Below, one piece after another: positions 26,861 to 41,647 of a DNA stretch of 64,000 nt (its first letter is position 1; each line of letters begins with the position of its first letter). The notes under the pieces are model-generated. The model made no database searches. It was not told where the DNA came from and saw only the letters and a list, made by a program, of their open reading frames with translations. Source of the stretch: the human T2T-CHM13v2.0 reference genome, Homo sapiens; NCBI RefSeq assembly GCF_009914755.1, contig NC_060929.1, one strand, 5' to 3'. The position numbers were made by a program, and so were the translations under genes.

Positions 26861-28619
26861 TCTGGGATTTGTAATCTATTTCTGAGTGGAGAGAGATGAC
26901 TGGTTAGGGAGGCAATCATAGCTGCATAGCGAGGGAGAGGTGTCTGGGGAGAGATACCCTCCTTACTTCCGAGTCAGAGTCTAAGGCGGAGAACGGGACA
27001 CCTGCCAGATATGTAGTTGAAAAGGGATGTGTCTGAATCAAGGAAGTGGTGGAATTATGAGGCAACTTCCCTCCATTTTAAATAAAATCTATTAATGGAG
27101 TGAAGTGAGGGTGTTATAAGCAGAAGCATGGGTATATTTCTGCCTTTTCATCACAGTGGGTGCTTTTCAAATTCTGGCAGTAATTTGTGCTTTCAGCAGC
27201 CTTGGTTTTTGGAGGTGATATGAATATTTACTCCTACGTCTTCAGTGGCACTTCAGTGAGAAATTGGGAGAAGTAGCACCAGGAACTTAGGTACCATTTT
27301 AAATCAGGAATCTGTTAAGGTATAAGTTCTTGGAAGCCCTTGTCCAGAATGTTAGTTGACCATTTCTCAGTCCTAAAGGGTTCTTCTTTCTATTAGTAAT
27401 TGAAATGATTCTTCCTAAACACAGTGGGATCTATTTTAGATTCTGGAATCTTGCTCTCTCATATTAAGCCCTATTTATTAAATGTCATGAGAAATAGCCT
27501 AGAACTAAGTTTGTTCCACTGCTGTAGAAGTGTCAGTGCTGTAGACTATAATTGCTGAAAGAAGGGTTAGCTATGGAACTGCTGACTTTGCCCTTTCAGA
27601 AGGCTTCCTTCTGGAATTTTTAAACAATGGCATCAAACCTAATTGATGAGAAAGATGCTAATTATTTTTTATTTTTGATCACATATCGAGATGAGAAGAA
27701 TTTGATTTATTAATGGAAAGTGCCTGTTCCCTTATGAAAAATTTGAGCTTTCATTATGGCTTTATGAATCCATAAAACTGGGAGTCTTTGGAGGTGCTAC
27801 TTGTGTGCTTTTTCAAGGAATGATCTTAAGTAGATTGTTCCTTTTTACTTTTTAATCAGAGATTCTTGTATAAAATTTTTCTCACCCAGATCATTTAAGA
27901 GGAAAGACCAAATTACTTTAAACAAAATTACATTTTTGTTAAAACATTGCAGGTTATGACTTCCTGGTTTGTTTCAGTCTCATTTGTAGGAAGAACATTT
28001 GGTGATGGTGAAATTTACGTCAGGCAGATTCTCCCCTAAGCAGTTGCTGGACTACCTCACTATACCCCCACCCCTCTTTGCCAAATACATGGCCAGGATA
28101 TTTCTGGGGATGGTGAGTTGAAGGGAAACAAGGGGGATATTTTAAAAGTTTGACTCAAGAATATAAAATATAAAATTGGCACTCTTAGTGGAATTATTCT
28201 CATTTTATTTCTTAGCAAACATGCTGATTGCATGTTGGCCCACTTTACCAAGCAAGGTATTAATTTTCTTCCTAGCAGAGGAAAGAGCTCAGTTCACTGT
28301 ATTCTCTTTCCTTTTACAACAGTTACAACAACATTTGATTCGTGATATTTTAGTTGTAGGTTGTTGATTTAAAAATACACTTAGAAGGTGTGGAGCACAG
28401 AGGAATACAGGGCATGATTTTGTGTATTGACCTGTCAACCCTGGTTAACTAGCATGTCACAAAACAAGTTCTAAACTCAAATACAGTAAATTATCCAGGT
28501 GGGATTCTGGCCACTTGTGATGAGTTACGGATTTTGATTTGGATCATTCTTGCCCTAGCTTGGTAACAGGGGAGTGTATTTATGTATTATGAAATGTGAG
28601 ACCTTTTCAAATAGTATTA

Positions 28620-28967
28620 TGGTCATGTGTCACTCATGAATGGGGATATGTTCTGAGAAGCATGTCATTAAGCAATTTTGTCATTTCGCAAACATCATGG
28701 AGTGTACTTCTACAAACTTAGATGGTGTAGCTTACTACATACCTAGGCTATATGGTATAGCCTATTGCTACTGGGCTACAAACCTGTATAGCTTGTTACT
28801 GTACTGAATACTGTAAGCAGTTGTAACACAATCATAAGTATTTTTATATCTAAATGTATCCAAACATAGAAAAGGTACAGCAAAAATATGGTATTATAAT
28901 CTTTTATAATATATAATTATAATATATGTGGGCTGTGGTTGGTTGAAACATTATACAGCACTGACTG
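28620..28967 (+). mobile_element. Tigger3a/MER7A (TcMar-Tigger MITE)
   Basis: 'tacaaacttagatggtgtagcttactacatacctaggctatatggtatagcctattgct'; ends 'tgactg'; TA dinucleotide on both flanks. Confidence 0.88.
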
Positions 28968-29991
28968 TATCTTAAATGGTCAATAATTTTTACTTAAAGA
29001 AATCTTACTAGTTGATGGCTTCAAAGATTAGGCTCCCTCTATAGGCCACAGCCATCCCTTTGTTTCTTTTTGCATGTTCTTTTCTTTTTGAGAATGCTTA
29101 AAATTATTATTTCCTTATTTTTCAGCTAATTCTGCCTTGTTCTTAATGAAATATTATTTCATTTTAAAGAAATAGTGGTGTTTCTGGTCATATGATTTTT
29201 CTGTTTTTTTAATTTTTAAATTTCTGCCAATTTTGTTCAATTGATATCTTAAGGACAAAGTGATACTGTATACTTTTTTAAAAAAATCAAAACATTAATT
29301 TTTCCTCAGAAAGTTTAAAAGATGGCTTTATGCTTTTTTTCTAATTGTAAGTATTGTTTACAAATTTGTGTTTTAATAAAAATTAATACATGTGAGATTT
29401 AAACTTAAAGAACACATGCATAGTTTATCCTTCTCGTTACATTTTTGATTTTTAAAATGATCATAAATATTGGATGTGCCTATGACTTGTTGTCAAATAA
29501 AAGCCTCCTTCCCCAAAGAATAAGATGCCTGATGGTTCACTTGCTTCAGCTGCTGTCTGAGCTTTAATGGTTCTATTATCAACAAATATGAATGCTCAAA
29601 ATGTGGATACTAAAAGCCCTGTCCTTTGTACCTTCATGCTGAAAAAGAGAATATCTTTTCAAAATAGTATTAACTTCCAAGAGACACTTCTCTGACTTCT
29701 AAAACTTCTTAGATGGGCTGCCTGTACTGCAGGTGTGTGATATTATAACATTTCTGATATCTTTTGGTCAGCTAGCTGGTCTGTCTAGCCTTATATTTCT
29801 TTCCATTCTGTGTCTATTGAATGAGATAATATGAGGCAAAAAGAATGCATCATATGTGAGTTTCCATTTTCACTTTTTAAAATGCAAATATTTATTGTGT
29901 ACCAACTCTGCAGGAGGCACTATGATATGTGCCAGGGATTCACTATGTTATGTGCCGGTTGAAATAGGTGTAATCTCTGATGTTGATGATA

Positions 29992-31250
29992 TTCACTCAT
30001 TTATTCATTGAGCAAGTATTTTTTGAGTGCCTCTTTTGTAACAGTAATAAAACAGACAAATAATTTAGCTGGCATTCCTGGTTGTGGAGATACACACAAA
30101 CTAGATAATAAGTTAAAATCTTTATACGTATATGAACATTTTGTGTGTGTGTGTGTGTGAAGATGTACACATAAGTTAGATTATAGTAATAAGGGGAAAA
30201 AAGAGAAACCAATGGAGGGAGCTAGGAAAGGGGTGGGGAGGCAATGATAGATTGAAAATTTAGCTAAGGTGGTCAGGGAAGGGAGGGAGGGTCTCACTGA
30301 AGTGATGTTTAAGACTTGGAGGAGGTAGATAAAATCCTTCTTGCCTAGTGGAAGTGGCAGGTGTATAGGTAATCTAATTTTCTTGGGGGCAGGAGAGCAG
30401 AGAGATGTAGAAATAGAGTATGCTGGAGGCCAAAGTAGATTCACTTAACCACATTCCAAGGTTCCAGCAAGCCTCTCTAGAAGAAAAGACTCCTGAGTGG
30501 AATCTCAAAGGCAGAGGAAGAGCACAGAGGCAAGGAAATGATAAGATAGCTGCTTGGGTGTTCCCACTGAGCAGTTATTGAGGCTGGAGTTGCAGTTGAA
30601 TTTGGAAGATGCTTGGGGTCAGTTTGTGAAGTACCTGGTACACCATGCTAAGGGAACTTTGATTTGATTCTATAGACACTGAAGGCCTTTAAGTTGGGGA
30701 CTGACAGAGTCAGGTCTGCATTTCAAATAGATCAGGGGTCGCTAACCCCTGATCTAAGGTTCTTACTGGTCCATGGCCTCTTAGGACCTAGGTCATACAG
30801 CAGGAGGTAAGCGACGAGCAAATGAGCATTATCACCTGAGCTCTGCCTCCTGTCAGATCAGTGGCATTAGATTATCATAGGAGTGTGAACCCTATTATGA
30901 ACTGCGCATACGAGGGATCTAGGTTGTGTGCTCCTTATGAGAATCTAATCCTGCCCCTACCCCCAGTCCGTGGAAAAATTGTCTTCCATGAAACTGGTCC
31001 CTGGTGCCAAAAAGGTTGGGGACTGTTGAAATAGATCATTTGGCAGAGGGGTGGAGGCTGATTTAAGGGGACCCATACAATATAGTGGAGAAGGGTTTGG
31101 AGACTGTTCCAATGGTTCTGGTGAGAGATAGTGACCTTAGTTAGGAAGTGGTGTGCACAGGGAGGGGAACATAGTGGCCAGGATAGATTTAGGAAGAAAA
31201 GTCAGCAGAACTTGGTGGTTGCATGTAAGGGATGAAGATGAAGAAGAGTC
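29992..31250 (-). mobile_element. LINE-2, interrupted by MER1B
   Basis: 'ttcactcatttattcattgagcaagtatttttgagtgcct', 'gtacaccatgctaagggaactttgatttgattct', 'gtcagcagaacttggtggttg'. Confidence 0.75.
30733..31028 (+). mobile_element. MER1B (Charlie3-derived hAT MITE) with perfect 8-bp TSD
   Basis: 'ccgtggaaaaattgtcttccatgaaactggtccctggtgccaaaaaggttggggactg'; TSD AAATAGAT at 30725-30732 and 31029-31036. Confidence 0.93.
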
Positions 31251-31254
31251 AAGT

Positions 31255-31518
31255 ATGTTTTAAACTTATAGTGAAAAATACATTTATATCACAACCTGGT
31301 ACACATGCTACCAACACACACATAACTAACTGGTCATAAAATATGTTGCTGAAACAAACTTTCATGAAACAATATTTTACCTTATGGTAGCATACTCTGA
31401 TATTTTCTCTTCCATTCTATTTCAATTTCTGCAAAATGCTATTCTATTTCAGTTTCTGCAAAATGACTCTGCATTGATTCCACTAATGGGTCAAGACCCA
31501 CGGTCTGAAAGTCACCTG
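31255..31518 (-). mobile_element. hAT-Charlie-type MITE, subfamily uncertain (copy 1 of 3)
   Basis: 'ttcatgaaacaatattttaccctt'-like core and end 'ccactaatgggtcaagacccacggtctgaaa'; contains a 27-bp tandem duplication at 31414-31465. Strand is given relative to copy 2. Confidence 0.65.
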
Positions 31519-32109
31519 CACAGGCTTCTCCAGGTTATCCTGCAATGGACAGGATGTTTCTTCCTCATTAGATTTCTTTGTGGTCCAGTGTATCCAGACA
31601 CCTTTCACTCAGTGGAGGGGAGAGAGGAGGAGGGCAGTAAAAAGTATAGTTTCCAAGTTCAGTGCACTATAGAAACATTTGAGGCAAAATTGTGCTGAGC
31701 ACTTCTTGAGCCAACTGATGGCCACATGGTGAGACAGTTAAAGAGCTGCACACAAGGATGGTTATTTGTGTTGCAGATGTCATTTATGTGGCTTTTTTGG
31801 AGGGAGGGGAGAGGGCTATCGTTTTTTTTCCTACTCCCTTTGCTGCCAGAATGCCTGTTCTCATTAGAATACAGAGTTGGTAGAGTTTTGGGTGCCGGAA
31901 GAGCCTCAGAGGTCAGGAGTCCACAGGTCCCTGGTCCAAAACTAGTGACTACTTGGTGTTGCCTGTGGTCATGGGTCACTGTCAACTCCTTGTGACTCAC
32001 TTGGATCACTCTTTATAATGTTGCAGTGGAAAGCCCCCTGCAGCTGTGGTGTTTGCTTCTGGGACTCTGGGTTGGGTTCATGTTGAAAACCATTGTTGGT
32101 TTTCTCTGA

Positions 32110-32255
32110 TCAAATAACTCAGGTTTTTAAGCTCTAAAATGGGGGATAATACCATATACTGGGTTTGATTGTTTCATGAGGATTAAATGAGACAACATGC
32201 AGAAAGTATAGTGTCTGAGGCACAGGAAACATTTAAAATAAATGGCTACTGTTAT
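32110..32255 (+). mobile_element. MIR core and 3' end
   Basis: 'taaaatgggggataataccata...atgaggattaaatgagacaacatgcagaaag'. Confidence 0.75.
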
Positions 32256-34856
32256 TTTCTTCCTGTAACTAAAATATTATGGACATTGGCCTACTTTGCT
32301 CATTTTAATTTGCACTAGGAAAGATATGGAGCCTTTCTCACTTTCATATATAGAATGAGCTAAAATTAAAGTTCTTCTGTTGGTGTGTGCTGAAATTTTT
32401 AACAGTATAGAAATTTCCATGGAAAATAAAAATGCATTTGAATTCAGGAAGAAGGATACTAAAATACATCCAAGTTGAGATGGTTCCGTAGGTAGCTTCT
32501 TAAGGACCTCAGTTTTGAATTTGCTTAGGGTGAACAAAGCTGTTCAACAGTGCTGGCTTTATGCCTGTGAATGACATATACATATCTATAATATGGAATA
32601 TTTTAATTTACTTTTGCTATAGTCCTTTGCGTCGTAGGTCTACAGTGCATGTCTAATGACTAAAAAAATTTTAGACATGAGATTTATTTAAATGATGGAA
32701 ATGTCATGACTAAGAGATTGATTTCTTCTGACTAGTGCAAGTTAGAGTTTAGCTCAAATCATTAGTAAAAGTCTACGGAGAAAGGTAACAAACAAAGGAC
32801 ACCTTCACTGGAGGAATTTTATTGGGACCAGTTTTTATGTTCCCTTTAAGTCAAATGTGGAAGACAAGATGAAGGAATGTTATTTTCCTTTGGAAAACAT
32901 GGCAAAGTCTCCTTAATGGAAGTCGTGATGGCTTTCTTTATACCAGTAGGTGGTATGTATAAGTTTCTAAGGAAATAACACCAAAAGTCTGTCCCTTCTG
33001 TCTGGGTCCCTTGGAGGGGATAGAGGCTTACCCTGAGGGGAGGAAGGAGAGAAGATTGTTGAATGCTGTTTGCTTCCTGGGTTCCTTGGGTACCATCAGC
33101 TTTTTTGATAATTTTTCTCTGTTTTGTAAACAAAATACTGTATTCTCAGGGAAGTCAAAGCAAAACCACGTAATAGTGAGCTCTTAAATTTGCATTTTAG
33201 AAAAGGGAAAGAAGTGCAACAGCACTTAACTGACCCATTTGAAAGGAAGGATAAGTGTGTGTGTTTTATGTCAGTGAATGCAATGATTATGCAATTAGGA
33301 ATATTTAGGTATGAATTTTGTACTGTGATTTGAGTAAGAATAGTATAGCTTTTATTAATGCTAGGCTTTGAAAAGGGATATCTGTTAAATGATGGAACAC
33401 ATTAGAAATCAGGTATTGGGGGTATATGTGTTAATATGAACATTTACATTACAAATGAAATATCTGAACAGGCTTTGTTAGATAAATGATGCTGTTGATT
33501 AGCTTTATGCCTTGAAATTCTATATATTTAAACAGCTTTGTACTTGTTTTGCTTCTGTTCAGCAGTGTGCCCACACATTTGGTCTGACTACAGCATTCTT
33601 TTTTCATAATGAAATGTATATTAACTATGCAGGCCCCTCATAGAGCAGTGTTTTAATCATTCTCTATTGATTTATACCTCACATCAATGCTGCATATTGA
33701 GGGCCTCTTATTCTAAGTCTGCTTTACTGGGATTCTCATTCTGTCTACCTGACTTGCATAATGTTCTGGGACCCTCTTAATTTTTCCCCCACTGTGGGAA
33801 GCCATCGTGATTAGGAAGGCACAAAAGATTAGACGTATCGTTGCTTTCTCTCAGCTTTCTGAGGTGCATAGGAGAAATAATGGGCTTAGAGAAATATTGT
33901 CATTGTCCATAACTGATAATAGGTAACAGAACTTATTTAAAATTAATAAGTGCTGAGTTTCAAGCTTTGGCATGAGCCTGAATGATTTATTGCAAGCCAC
34001 GGATGCCAAGAGAATGTTTTGCATTTACCAAAGCAGTAGGGTAATGACAAGAGGACTGTCAGGGAGCAGCCTCATGAACAGTGGTTGTTCTTTGAACCTA
34101 GGGTTGTTGCTACAAGCTGACCAATACGAATGGGATTATTTTATTTTTTTTCTTTTGTCTTAATGTTAATTTTAGAGAGAGGAAGTATAGATCTGGTGGA
34201 TGTGGATGAAGGATGCCTACATGGGCTTGAATAAATAAATCAAATCCCCTGACCTCTGCCTGCAACTTAGAATCTCATTTGGATTGAAAGACTAGAGCTA
34301 GATTTTACACATGAAGAAAACTCTGCTCACTTCATTATTATTCATGGTGAAATCCCCAAATCTCCTCCCTGAAGAGATGTATTCTTCCCAGCAAATTAAA
34401 ACATCCTCTTTTTTTAGAGGCCAAATGATGATGATGTCAACTACTGATGAAGATGAATAGGTAATTCTTTTCTCAATTTATACATTCCCCCCAACCCCCT
34501 CTACTGTTCAGGATGGGATTTACTCATTTAAACCAAGATCCAATATTTCATTTACTCCACTCTTGGTAGGTTGTTCGCATTGTGTAAATCTCCTGGTCAG
34601 GTAATGGAGGAAAATGTTTGAAAATGTGATAGCTCATTATAAGGGCATTTGACATAAGCATATTTGCTGATGACGGATTGCCGATCAGTGGTAATTTAAA
34701 CAGATTCTGAACAGTAGTTAAGGTAGAACATTTTCCTCAAATTAATCTGTTAAGATCAGGATAGCTTAAATTACAAACATCTTTCAAAGTCTGTAAGGAA
34801 AATGTAGATTTTTGAAGCGGATCATCCTGTGAATATACATACCCCTTATGCCTACC

Positions 34857-34861
<5 letters not shown>

Positions 34862-34888
<27 letters not shown>
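34862..34888. repeat. (TG)n microsatellite
   Basis: Directly visible. Confidence 0.97.
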
Positions 34889-35764
34889 TTCTGAATTCAA
34901 TTATGAAAGAAAATGTTGATTGACAACATGCCATTTTGCTTTATGGATCCACATATACCAACCCCTCCCCCTCCCCCAAAAAAAATAGGGAAAAGAGTAC
35001 TTTACACAAATGTTGGAAAATGAGAAACTGAGACTAGAATGGGGGAGTTGGCTTTTAAAGTTGTCTAGATATTGGCAATAGAAATAGATATCAAGTCCTA
35101 CCTAAGTAGGTATTGGAACTTTAATCAAGTATGTCTTTATCAGTTTACCCTAGTTATACATACTATATAAAATAAGCATTATCCCACCTCTGAAAATTAT
35201 TTCAGTTTTTGTTTATGAAAAAACTTAGATGGGCCACAGGTAATTGTTGTTAAGAGGCATTTTGGAGCTCCCATAGGGATACACAATTGAATAATAACAC
35301 TTCAGTTTAATCATGACATGCTTTATGATAAAGTAGCATTGGGTGCAGCTTAGCAATATCCAAAGATCAGAACATCTGTTATCTGCAGAGACACTGGGGT
35401 ATATCTGCCAGACGTTTGCATATAGAACAAGGTGTTTCAGTTAATGTGTCATGATAGTTTAATTACATCACCTTTCTTGGGAGTTTGCTCGATTCTAGGT
35501 TCAAGAGCATCCAATGAGATGGCAACCTATCAATTTTTCTTTCTTCACCAGCCTTCACTTATGCTATTGCTTAGTTAGGTTATATCTGCTTATTTCTAAA
35601 ACATACATACAGAAAAAGAAAAAAATAGGTGCCCATCATTCTATTCAGCTTTTCTATGGCATTTAATCTTGGTTTTGAAAACCACTTTGTCTTTTTTCTC
35701 TTCCAACTTTTTTTTGTTGTTAACAAAAGGCAGTCTTTTCCTCTGGCTTATAGTCTTCTAGCTA

Positions 35765-36765
35765 TCCTCCCTCCTTAAATAGTGGTTGTCTCACCTTTGT
35801 CTCCACTCTCATTTCTCTTGTGGTTTCTATATTGCAACCCCCAAACTGATTGCTTCTGCTTGATTTCTCTCCTCTTCCTCTTAGCTGGATTTTCACCTGC
35901 TTTCTTGATAAATCCATTAAGGTGTCCCAGAGGCAACCTGAATTCAACATGTGCAAGAACAAATTTCCTGTCTTTCCTCCTCAAGGCCAAGCCACCCTTG
36001 CTCCCCACAAGTAAGAACCCCATGGAGATCTGTGACTCTGTCCTCCTTCACCTTCCCTTCAGGTAGGCAGGAAGACTGTTCACTTTACTTTCCAAGTATC
36101 TGCCCAAGTGTTCTCCCTTCCTGTGATACCAGTCCCACGCAGGCCCTTTTGTCTCAACAGCTTCCTCACTGGCCTCTTTTCCTGACTCATCTCTATCCAG
36201 TTCACTTCCTAGACTACTGCTTGTGTGGTCTTTCTGAAGCATGGGCCTAATTTGTACTATTTCTTAGCTTTACAATGTCCGGTTTCCTATTGACTTTCAG
36301 TTACTGCTGGTCATTGTCAGCACTGGTTAGAAGACTAGTTCACAAACTAGTCCCAACTTCCTCTTCTGGCAGACTCTCCTTCCTACTGCCCTTTCTTCCA
36401 CCTTCTCCATCTCTCCCCCAAGCCTCATTTTCTGGCCCCATTCATCATTTCTTCTACATACCACCCACTTTTCAGGCTTCCCCAGTTTGCCTACACTGTT
36501 GCCTCTGATAGAAAAGCTTTTCTTAACATTGCCTCTTCTTCCTGGAAGCCTTTGCTGACCCAGGCAGAACCACTCGCTGCATCTTGTGTGTTCCTCTAGC
36601 ACTTTGGACACACCTCTCTCCTAGCACTGATCACTTTGTGCTATAGTTATTTGCTTAGGAAGCTGGCTTCTGACTGGTTTCTTAAGGGCAAGGACAATGC
36701 TTTGTGAACTTTATACATCTGGTGCCTGCGATATGTAGGCAATCAACATTTGTTCTTTGAATGAA
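35765..36765 (+). mobile_element. LINE-2 3' portion
   Basis: 'ggtgtcccagaggcaacctgaattcaacatgtgcaagaac', 'ttcctggaagcctttgctgacc', 3' end 'gtaggcaatcaacatttgttctttgaatgaa'. Confidence 0.75.
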
Positions 36766-37534
36766 AAACTGAACAGATGCATACTCCATCTGCAAATGCT
36801 CAGCATCTGGATGTGTTGGGGATTGGGGACAGAGATTGTCCCTTTTTCCACTTGAGCCTTGGTCTATTCTACCTCATGAGGAAAATAAGTAGATTGGATG
36901 AGATCCATGTGGTTGTGGAGTGGGTTGATCCGCTTGCTTCTATCTCTTGCTCAGCTGCACCTTTCCTTTAGCTTTCTTCTTAGTATTTCGCCATTCGGTC
37001 TCTAAAGCTCTGCTTGTTTTGGAAGATATGAGAATTATTTTTTCTGGTCCAATTTGAAAGTCCTGCTGTTTTTTCTGCCTGCACCCCACTCCTCCTTTTT
37101 CTCAGCATCATAATCCAGGTCTTCCCTTCATTGTGTTTGTTTTTTATGCTTCAACCTCCATGGCTGGCCTTCCAACTCCAAGTCTCATTCCAAGGCCACA
37201 TTCTCCAGAGCTACCAGGCAAATCTGTCCCAACCTTTGCTTTAAACAAAAATGGGTTCCTTTTGCCTATGAAATACAGGCATTACATGTAAGACTTTTCA
37301 CTAGACAACCCCTTCAGTTGTCCTGCCTCTGTCTCCCTGTCTCCTCCCTCCAACTCTTCTCTCTCTTCCTCTGACTATTCCTCTCCCGCTCCCTCTAACT
37401 TTCTCCGTTTCCCCTCCCTCTTCCCCCCACCACACACATGCACAGAGTTTTCTAATCCTATTTTTACAAATATGGTTTCCTTTCTTCAGATAGATAATTT
37501 ACCAATTCCTACCACAGAAATTCATCTTATAGAT

Positions 37535-38040
<506 letters not shown>

Positions 38041-38711
38041 ACATACAGTAATACAAAACCATTAATTTCTTCAATATTTAACTAAAAGCTTACTTCCTTC
38101 ATGAACCCTTTTGTGACAAGATAATAGGCTGTACATATCCCTGTTTTCTAAGCTTTTCTGTTACCTTGCTTTTTACCAAATTTTAAACAATTTTATGGCT
38201 CAAACTTTGCTTTTCTCCTTCTGTACTATGTCACCTCTGCATTTTAAATGAAAAGTTGTTACTCTGTGACCTTGTATGTATCTGCATATTTTGTAATTCT
38301 CCCATAGTTACTGTGTGAGGCTTCTAAAACTCCCAAATTAGATTGCAGACTTTTGGGGGGCTTTTAGTGACTTGTGGGCACCAAGTCAGATAATAGATAT
38401 TAGGAACTTGGTACATACTGTTATTGGCTGGCAAGGAAGAATAATCCATAGAACTTCCACTGGTTTGGAAGCTCCTGAACTTGAATATCAGATGGAGTCC
38501 AGGGTATCATAGGCTATATTGTGTAATGTGGGCCATTGATCCATTGCACTCAAAATTCTTAATCTTAACTGTTTTCTACCTCATTTGCATCAATTTACCT
38601 TCCTTTATAAATAGAAGAACTTAGCCGAAAATGATGTATCTGTGAATCTGTATACTTTCTGTTCAAGACTAAGTAACTTCTTAATGTTTTCTGGGCTCTC
38701 ACTTTATAGAG

Positions 38712-38905
38712 TATTGCTGTCCAATAGCGCTTTCTGAGATGATAGACATGTTCTATATTCTGCAGTGTCCAGTATGGTAGCCATTAGCCACATGTGGCTT
38801 TTGAGCTCTGAAAACAGGCTAGTGCAACTGAGGAACTAAATTTTTAGTTTAAATTAAATCTAAATAGCCACATGTGGTTGGTGGCCACTGTATTGGACGG
38901 CACAG
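38712..38905. mobile_element. MER3 (hAT-Charlie MITE)
   Basis: 'gctgtccaatag...ggtagccattagccacatgtggct...aatagccacatgtggttggtggccactgtattggac'. Confidence 0.88.
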
Positions 38906-39689
38906 TGTTGGAAGCTTGAAAACACATCAATTTGTATTTGTTTTTCTCCTATTTTCTAGCTGTCAGGACTCCCCACCCCTTGCAGTGTTGTTCTTTCTCT
39001 TTGTTCTAGTTATTCCTTAATTCTTCCACGGGACACCTGTTAGCATTCCATGCTCCACCCTTAAGAATATCCTCTGACCTGTATCCAAGAGCCTGTCTTA
39101 GAAGACATTGCAGAAACTAAGAGAGGAGATTTCATTTTTATATTTTTTAAATCCTTGGTGCCTAAATAACTTGTCATTCCTGTTTTCTTTCTGACAGCAT
39201 AAATGCAGTTTATGTAGAGAAACTGAGCTTTTTTAAAAAGGGAAACATACAGGTGAATCTTTTCTACCAGTATTATAGCCCCAAATTATTTAAACCATTG
39301 AAACTAATAAGAAGTGCTCAGCTTGCTATCTTGGAACTACAGAAATTGTTTTATATTCAGAATTAATCATACAAAATAATTATACTCAGTATAAGGATGA
39401 GGTTAAAAATGTAGATCTCACAAATTTAGGTTTCATGCAGGTTTCATTTTAGTTCAATTACTATTGCTTGTAAAAAGTGATACCAGAAATAATAGTAAAT
39501 GTTAATTTTATATGTTACTTTTATATGAACATATGTATTTTGTCCTCTGTGATATTTGGTATACAATAAGATGGAAGGTGGTGTTTTCAACTACTTGGAA
39601 GAGAGGCTAGGCTAATATCTAGTGTTATATATTATATGATACTTGCTTATTAAATAAATCTTGTATTTTTTTCTCCTGGTAGAGCAAGA

Positions 39690-39848
39690 TACACTTATCC
39701 TAGGATCCATGCGCTTTGACAATTTGTGGATAACCTAAATTTGCTAGCAAAATTTTGTTTTTATGTGAATATGTTTTTATATGTATATTTGGAGAGAAGT
39801 ATAGGATTTACAACGGGATCTGCGACTCTTAAAGGTTAAAAGTCACTT
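39690..39848. mobile_element. Short hAT MITE, Charlie4z-like
   Basis: 'cttatcctaggatccatg...gggatctgcgactcttaaaggttaaaagtcact'. Confidence 0.45.
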
Positions 39849-40492
39849 GTTAGGTTGAGAGATTCTTGACTGTAGGAGCTAGGTTTATCACTGTACCCTC
39901 ACCCCCATTTGTGGTGTAATGTCATAACAGAGTAATTACTCGAGAAATGCTTTTGAAATGGAATTGGAAACCATTTCTTTCACAGGTGACAACACACTGC
40001 CTTTCTTTTTAAGCAGAAGGAATCTATGAAGACCTTTATTGTTTCATGCTTCTGATGTTAGGTTTCCATTATTGCTACAAGATAGGGTGATATGGAACAT
40101 TTAATCTTAGAGCAAATAGCTGTGGGATTTGGGGGATCTGGAGAAGTTATTTTTCCCATTTCTATCACTTGTTTTCAGATATCCTGTTTCAAAGCTGACT
40201 CCATGGCAGACCCTAGCACCATCTTGTTTGTTTTAACCTTACTTGCATACCATTGATCCTTCCTTTCCATCTTTATTCATAAACATTGTTATAGAAGTTA
40301 AACCAAACCTTGGGCTGCTTAATGGTGGTCTCCCTGCTACCACTTATACTCCAACTAAGAAAGAGGCAAAAGATGCAGAATGCCAGGAGATGGAGAATAC
40401 TTTGGCAACCATGTAGTGAGGGAATTTTTTTTTTTTTTTTTTTGGTCCTTGTATGTGTGTGCCTTGCCTTATATGTGCCTCTTAGCCTGCTG

Positions 40493-40512
40493 ACACACAC
40501 ACACACACACAC
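40493..40512. repeat. (AC)10 microsatellite
   Basis: Directly visible. Confidence 0.95.
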
Positions 40513-41146
40513 AACTGGAGCTGTAGGTTGGCTCTGGGTCAGTCGCTGAATTACTATTTAAAAAAATAGCAAATTACCCAGAGAATGAAATGCAAGTTCT
40601 TGGGCAGGGAAGAAAGGTAGCAACAATGATTCAGCTGCTAAAGTTGGCAATGGGTCAGTGTCAGGGAAAGTGATTCCTACTATGGCTATTTTACTAAGTT
40701 CTTTAAGTCTTTTTTAAGACGAAGGTAGAGTATGAGGACATAAGGATTAACGTAGTTTTTCTGCAGTCCTGCATTCAGGTACAGTTAACAGTGGTCTATT
40801 CTTTTCTTTGCTCTTTTGCAGTTCTTCAAGAGTTTGAGTCATGAAGTGTGAAGCCTAGAGATGGTGTGATACACAGAGATGAAACTGGTTTTCACAGGTG
40901 ATAGATGGAAGGCTGTTTTCAAAAGATCAAGGTAGCAGTGAAGGGTACTACTCTTGTACACTTACATATGATGAATAGGAAAACCTAGGGTTAGGAACCA
41001 GAGAATGCTGTACTTGGTTGAACATGTTTGCGTCCCCTCTGTAATATCCGAGTCATATGGGTTGGTATATAGTCCATTCTGTAAAGTCACTATGAACACA
41101 TAATTTGTATAACATATGCATATACTCAGGCCAGAGGACACTTGAT

Positions 41147-41647
41147 ATAGCAGTTACCTTTTCCTGTGTAAGAAATTATCCCCCAAATTGAATAGCTTAA
41201 AAAAAGTTTTATCCCAGTTTTTTTGAGTTAGGAATTCAGGAGTAGCTTAGCTGGTTGGGTGGCTCTGGGTAATTCAGGAAGGTGCAGCCAGGACAGCAGT
41301 CCTCTGATGGTTTGACTGGGGCTGCAGGATCCACTTCCAAGACAGTTCCTTTATGTTGCTGGCACATTGGTGTGGGCTGTTGTCAGGAAGCCTCAGTTCC
41401 TCACCATGTGGACCTGTCCATTGGGCTGCTGAGTGTCCTTGTGTTGTCCTCATCAATGAGAGAAAATGCAAAGAGGAAGCCACAATGCCTCTTACAGTTG
41501 AGCCTCAGAAATCACACACCAGTATTTATGTTGTGTTTTGTTTTTCAAAAGTAAGCCACTAAGTACAGCCTGCACTCAAGGGGAGGGTACTACCTCTTGA
41601 AAAGAGGAGTACCAAGGAATTTGTCTGCCTATTATAAGATCACCGCG
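41147..41647 (-). mobile_element. MaLR solo LTR, MLT1H-like
   Basis: 'aggaattcaggagtagcttagctgg', 'ttgactggggctgcaggatccacttccaaga', 'ctcagttcctcaccatgtggacctgtcca'. Confidence 0.8.
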
